From positions 1 through 46,253 of the forward strand of contig DASYRW010000164.1 of NCBI GenBank assembly GCA_036003985.1: a stretch of 46,253 bases of DNA, written 5' to 3'. The notes under the pieces were generated by a model, which did no database searches, was not told where the DNA came from, and worked only from the letters and a program-made list of their open reading frames with translations. A program made the translations under genes and the position numbers. Shown here piece by piece: positions 45,335 through 46,253 of this stretch. Source of the stretch: Thermoplasmatota archaeon. GTDB taxonomy: Archaea > Thermoplasmatota > SW-10-69-26 > JACQPN01 > JAIVGT01. The first letter of the stretch is position 1. The number at the start of each line of letters is the position of its first letter.

Positions 45335-45814
45335 CTAGCCGCCGTAGGACCAGCCCGTGTCCTGCTCCGTCAGCGCCGGCACGACGCGCCGGACGCCCGC
45401 CTCGACGACTTCGGCCACGAGCACGGTGTGGTCGCCGTACGCGAAGTCGTGCACGACGCGGCACTCGAGCCAAGCCGGGGCGTCGTCGAGGATGAGGCAG
45501 CCGGTCGCATGGCCGCGCGTGTAGCCGTGGCCGTTGATCGTCCCGCCCTCCACCACGGCCGGGTGGAGGAAGCTCGCTGCGACCTCCTTCTGGGTGCGCG
45601 CGAGGAGGTTGACGCTGAAGACGCGCGAGGCGAGCACCATCGCGTGGGCCTTCGTGCCCTCGCGCAGGCCGGCCATCACCAGCGGCGGCTTGAAGCTGGC
45701 CTGGCTGAACCAGCTCAACAGGAACGCGTGCACGCTGGGGCCCTGCGCCGCGCCGCCGATGTGCAGGCCGTAGGGCAGCATGCGCAGCGCCTGCTTCTTC
45801 GCGGCCTCGTCCAC
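45335..45814 (-). CDS. Flavin reductase-like (FMN-binding split-barrel) protein
   Basis: LLSWFSQASFKPPLVMAGL...FSVNLL...GDHTVLVAEVV is typical of the flavin reductase domain. GTG 45814 is chosen as the start. ATG 45886 and ATG 45781 are alternatives. Confidence 0.75.
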   Translation of the reverse strand: MDEAAKKQALRMLPYGLHIGGAAQGPSVHAFLLSWFSQASFKPPLVMAGLREGTKAHAMVLASRVFSVNLLARTQKEVAASFLHPAVVEGGTINGHGYTRGHATGCLILDDAPAWLECRVVHDFAYGDHTVLVAEVVEAGVRRVVPALTEQDTGWSYGG

Positions 45815-45945
45815 GCAGGCGCATGGCCAGCCAGCCCAAGAGCGTTTGCGGCCCGCGCGCGCGTTGCCCCCCGCGGAGAATGCCAAGGGTTGCTACGGCA
45901 AGCTTGATGTAGGAGCCGGACCATCGCCGCGGTCAGGCAGGCGCC

Positions 45946-46161
45946 ATGGTCTACATCGACCCGCGCGACCGGAAGTTCCAGCTCATCGTCATCGCGCCCA
46001 TCGTGCTGATGGTGATCTTCGCGGTGCTGGTGCTCATCGACAGTCCCGAGAGCATCGACATCGTCGCGGTGCTGCTGGCCATCGTCGCAGCCGCGGCGTT
46101 CATCGTGTACCTCGTCGTCACCTTCGTGATGGAGCGCGTCCAGGAATCCGAGGCGGAGTGA
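45946..46161 (+). CDS. Small two-TM membrane protein (71 aa)
   Basis: FQLIVIAPIVLMVIFAVLVLI and IVAVLLAIVAAAAFIVYLVVTFV are clear hydrophobic helices, and the ORF is clean. Confidence 0.5.
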   Translation: MVYIDPRDRKFQLIVIAPIVLMVIFAVLVLIDSPESIDIVAVLLAIVAAAAFIVYLVVTFVMERVQESEAE

Positions 46162-46206
46162 GCGCGCGCCCGCAGCCTTATGCTCATCCCCTGCCTAGCG
46201 GAGCGC

Positions 46207-46253
46207 ATGGCGCGGGCCCTCGAGGGCAAGGTCGCGGTCGTCACCGGCGCCAG
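46207..46253 (+). CDS. N-terminus of a short-chain dehydrogenase/reductase (truncated by the window end)
   Basis: MARALEGKVAVVTGA is the start of the SDR TGxxxGxG dinucleotide-binding motif. Only 15 codons are visible. Confidence 0.45.
   Translation, partial: MARALEGKVAVVTGA

Overview
Very GC-rich (about 70% by eye, not computed), gene-dense chromosomal segment that reads as archaeal. Markers: an archaeosortase next to archaetidylserine decarboxylase and synthase genes, Trm1, an archaeal-type RNase P RNA, a Bat/HTH_10-type regulator, Csa3-like regulators, and TATA-like boxes about 27 nt upstream of many start codons. Proteins are not strongly acidic, so a halophile is not obvious. I cannot place the lineage further without a search.

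I support about 55 protein genes and one structured RNA.
- Housekeeping: Lhr helicase fragment with its metallophosphoesterase partner, beta-CASP/RNase J-like nuclease, RNase P RNA, RNase HII, Trm1, RlmE, Bcp peroxiredoxin, THEP1-type NTPase.
- Envelope biogenesis: stomatin-NfeD pair lying divergent to artA-psd-pssA.
- Many signal-peptide or lipobox proteins, several Cys-rich and in small paralogous families.
- A 1290-aa FG-GAP + 5x CARDB surface protein followed by three tandem cupredoxins.
- Regulators: HTH_10, two tandem Csa3/CARF-like wHTH proteins, two tandem membrane-anchored double-wHTH proteins.
- An archaeal P450 divergent from a SAM methyltransferase, RmuC, and a vapBC module.

No CRISPR array, cas gene, transposase, integrase, rRNA or tRNA was recognised. 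Many of the longest ORFs in the six-frame track are antisense or out-of-frame shadow ORFs typical of high-GC DNA, and I rejected them.

Most interesting observations:
1. The vapBC cassette is bracketed by 42-nt direct repeats that duplicate the 3' end of the neighbouring gene.
2. Two orphan Csa3/CARF-like regulators sit beside a perfect palindrome with no CRISPR context.
3. A co-oriented block (22.5-27.5 kb) holds two membrane-tethered double-wHTH regulators, then an envelope module bracketed by two paralogous PRC-like proteins. The module includes a collagen-like surface protein with a PGF-CTERM-like tail.
4. An EF-Tu-like protein has degenerate GTPase motifs.
5. An uncharacterised six-Cys secreted protein family is present.

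None of these is proven novel. All family calls come from recall and motif reading, not from searches.
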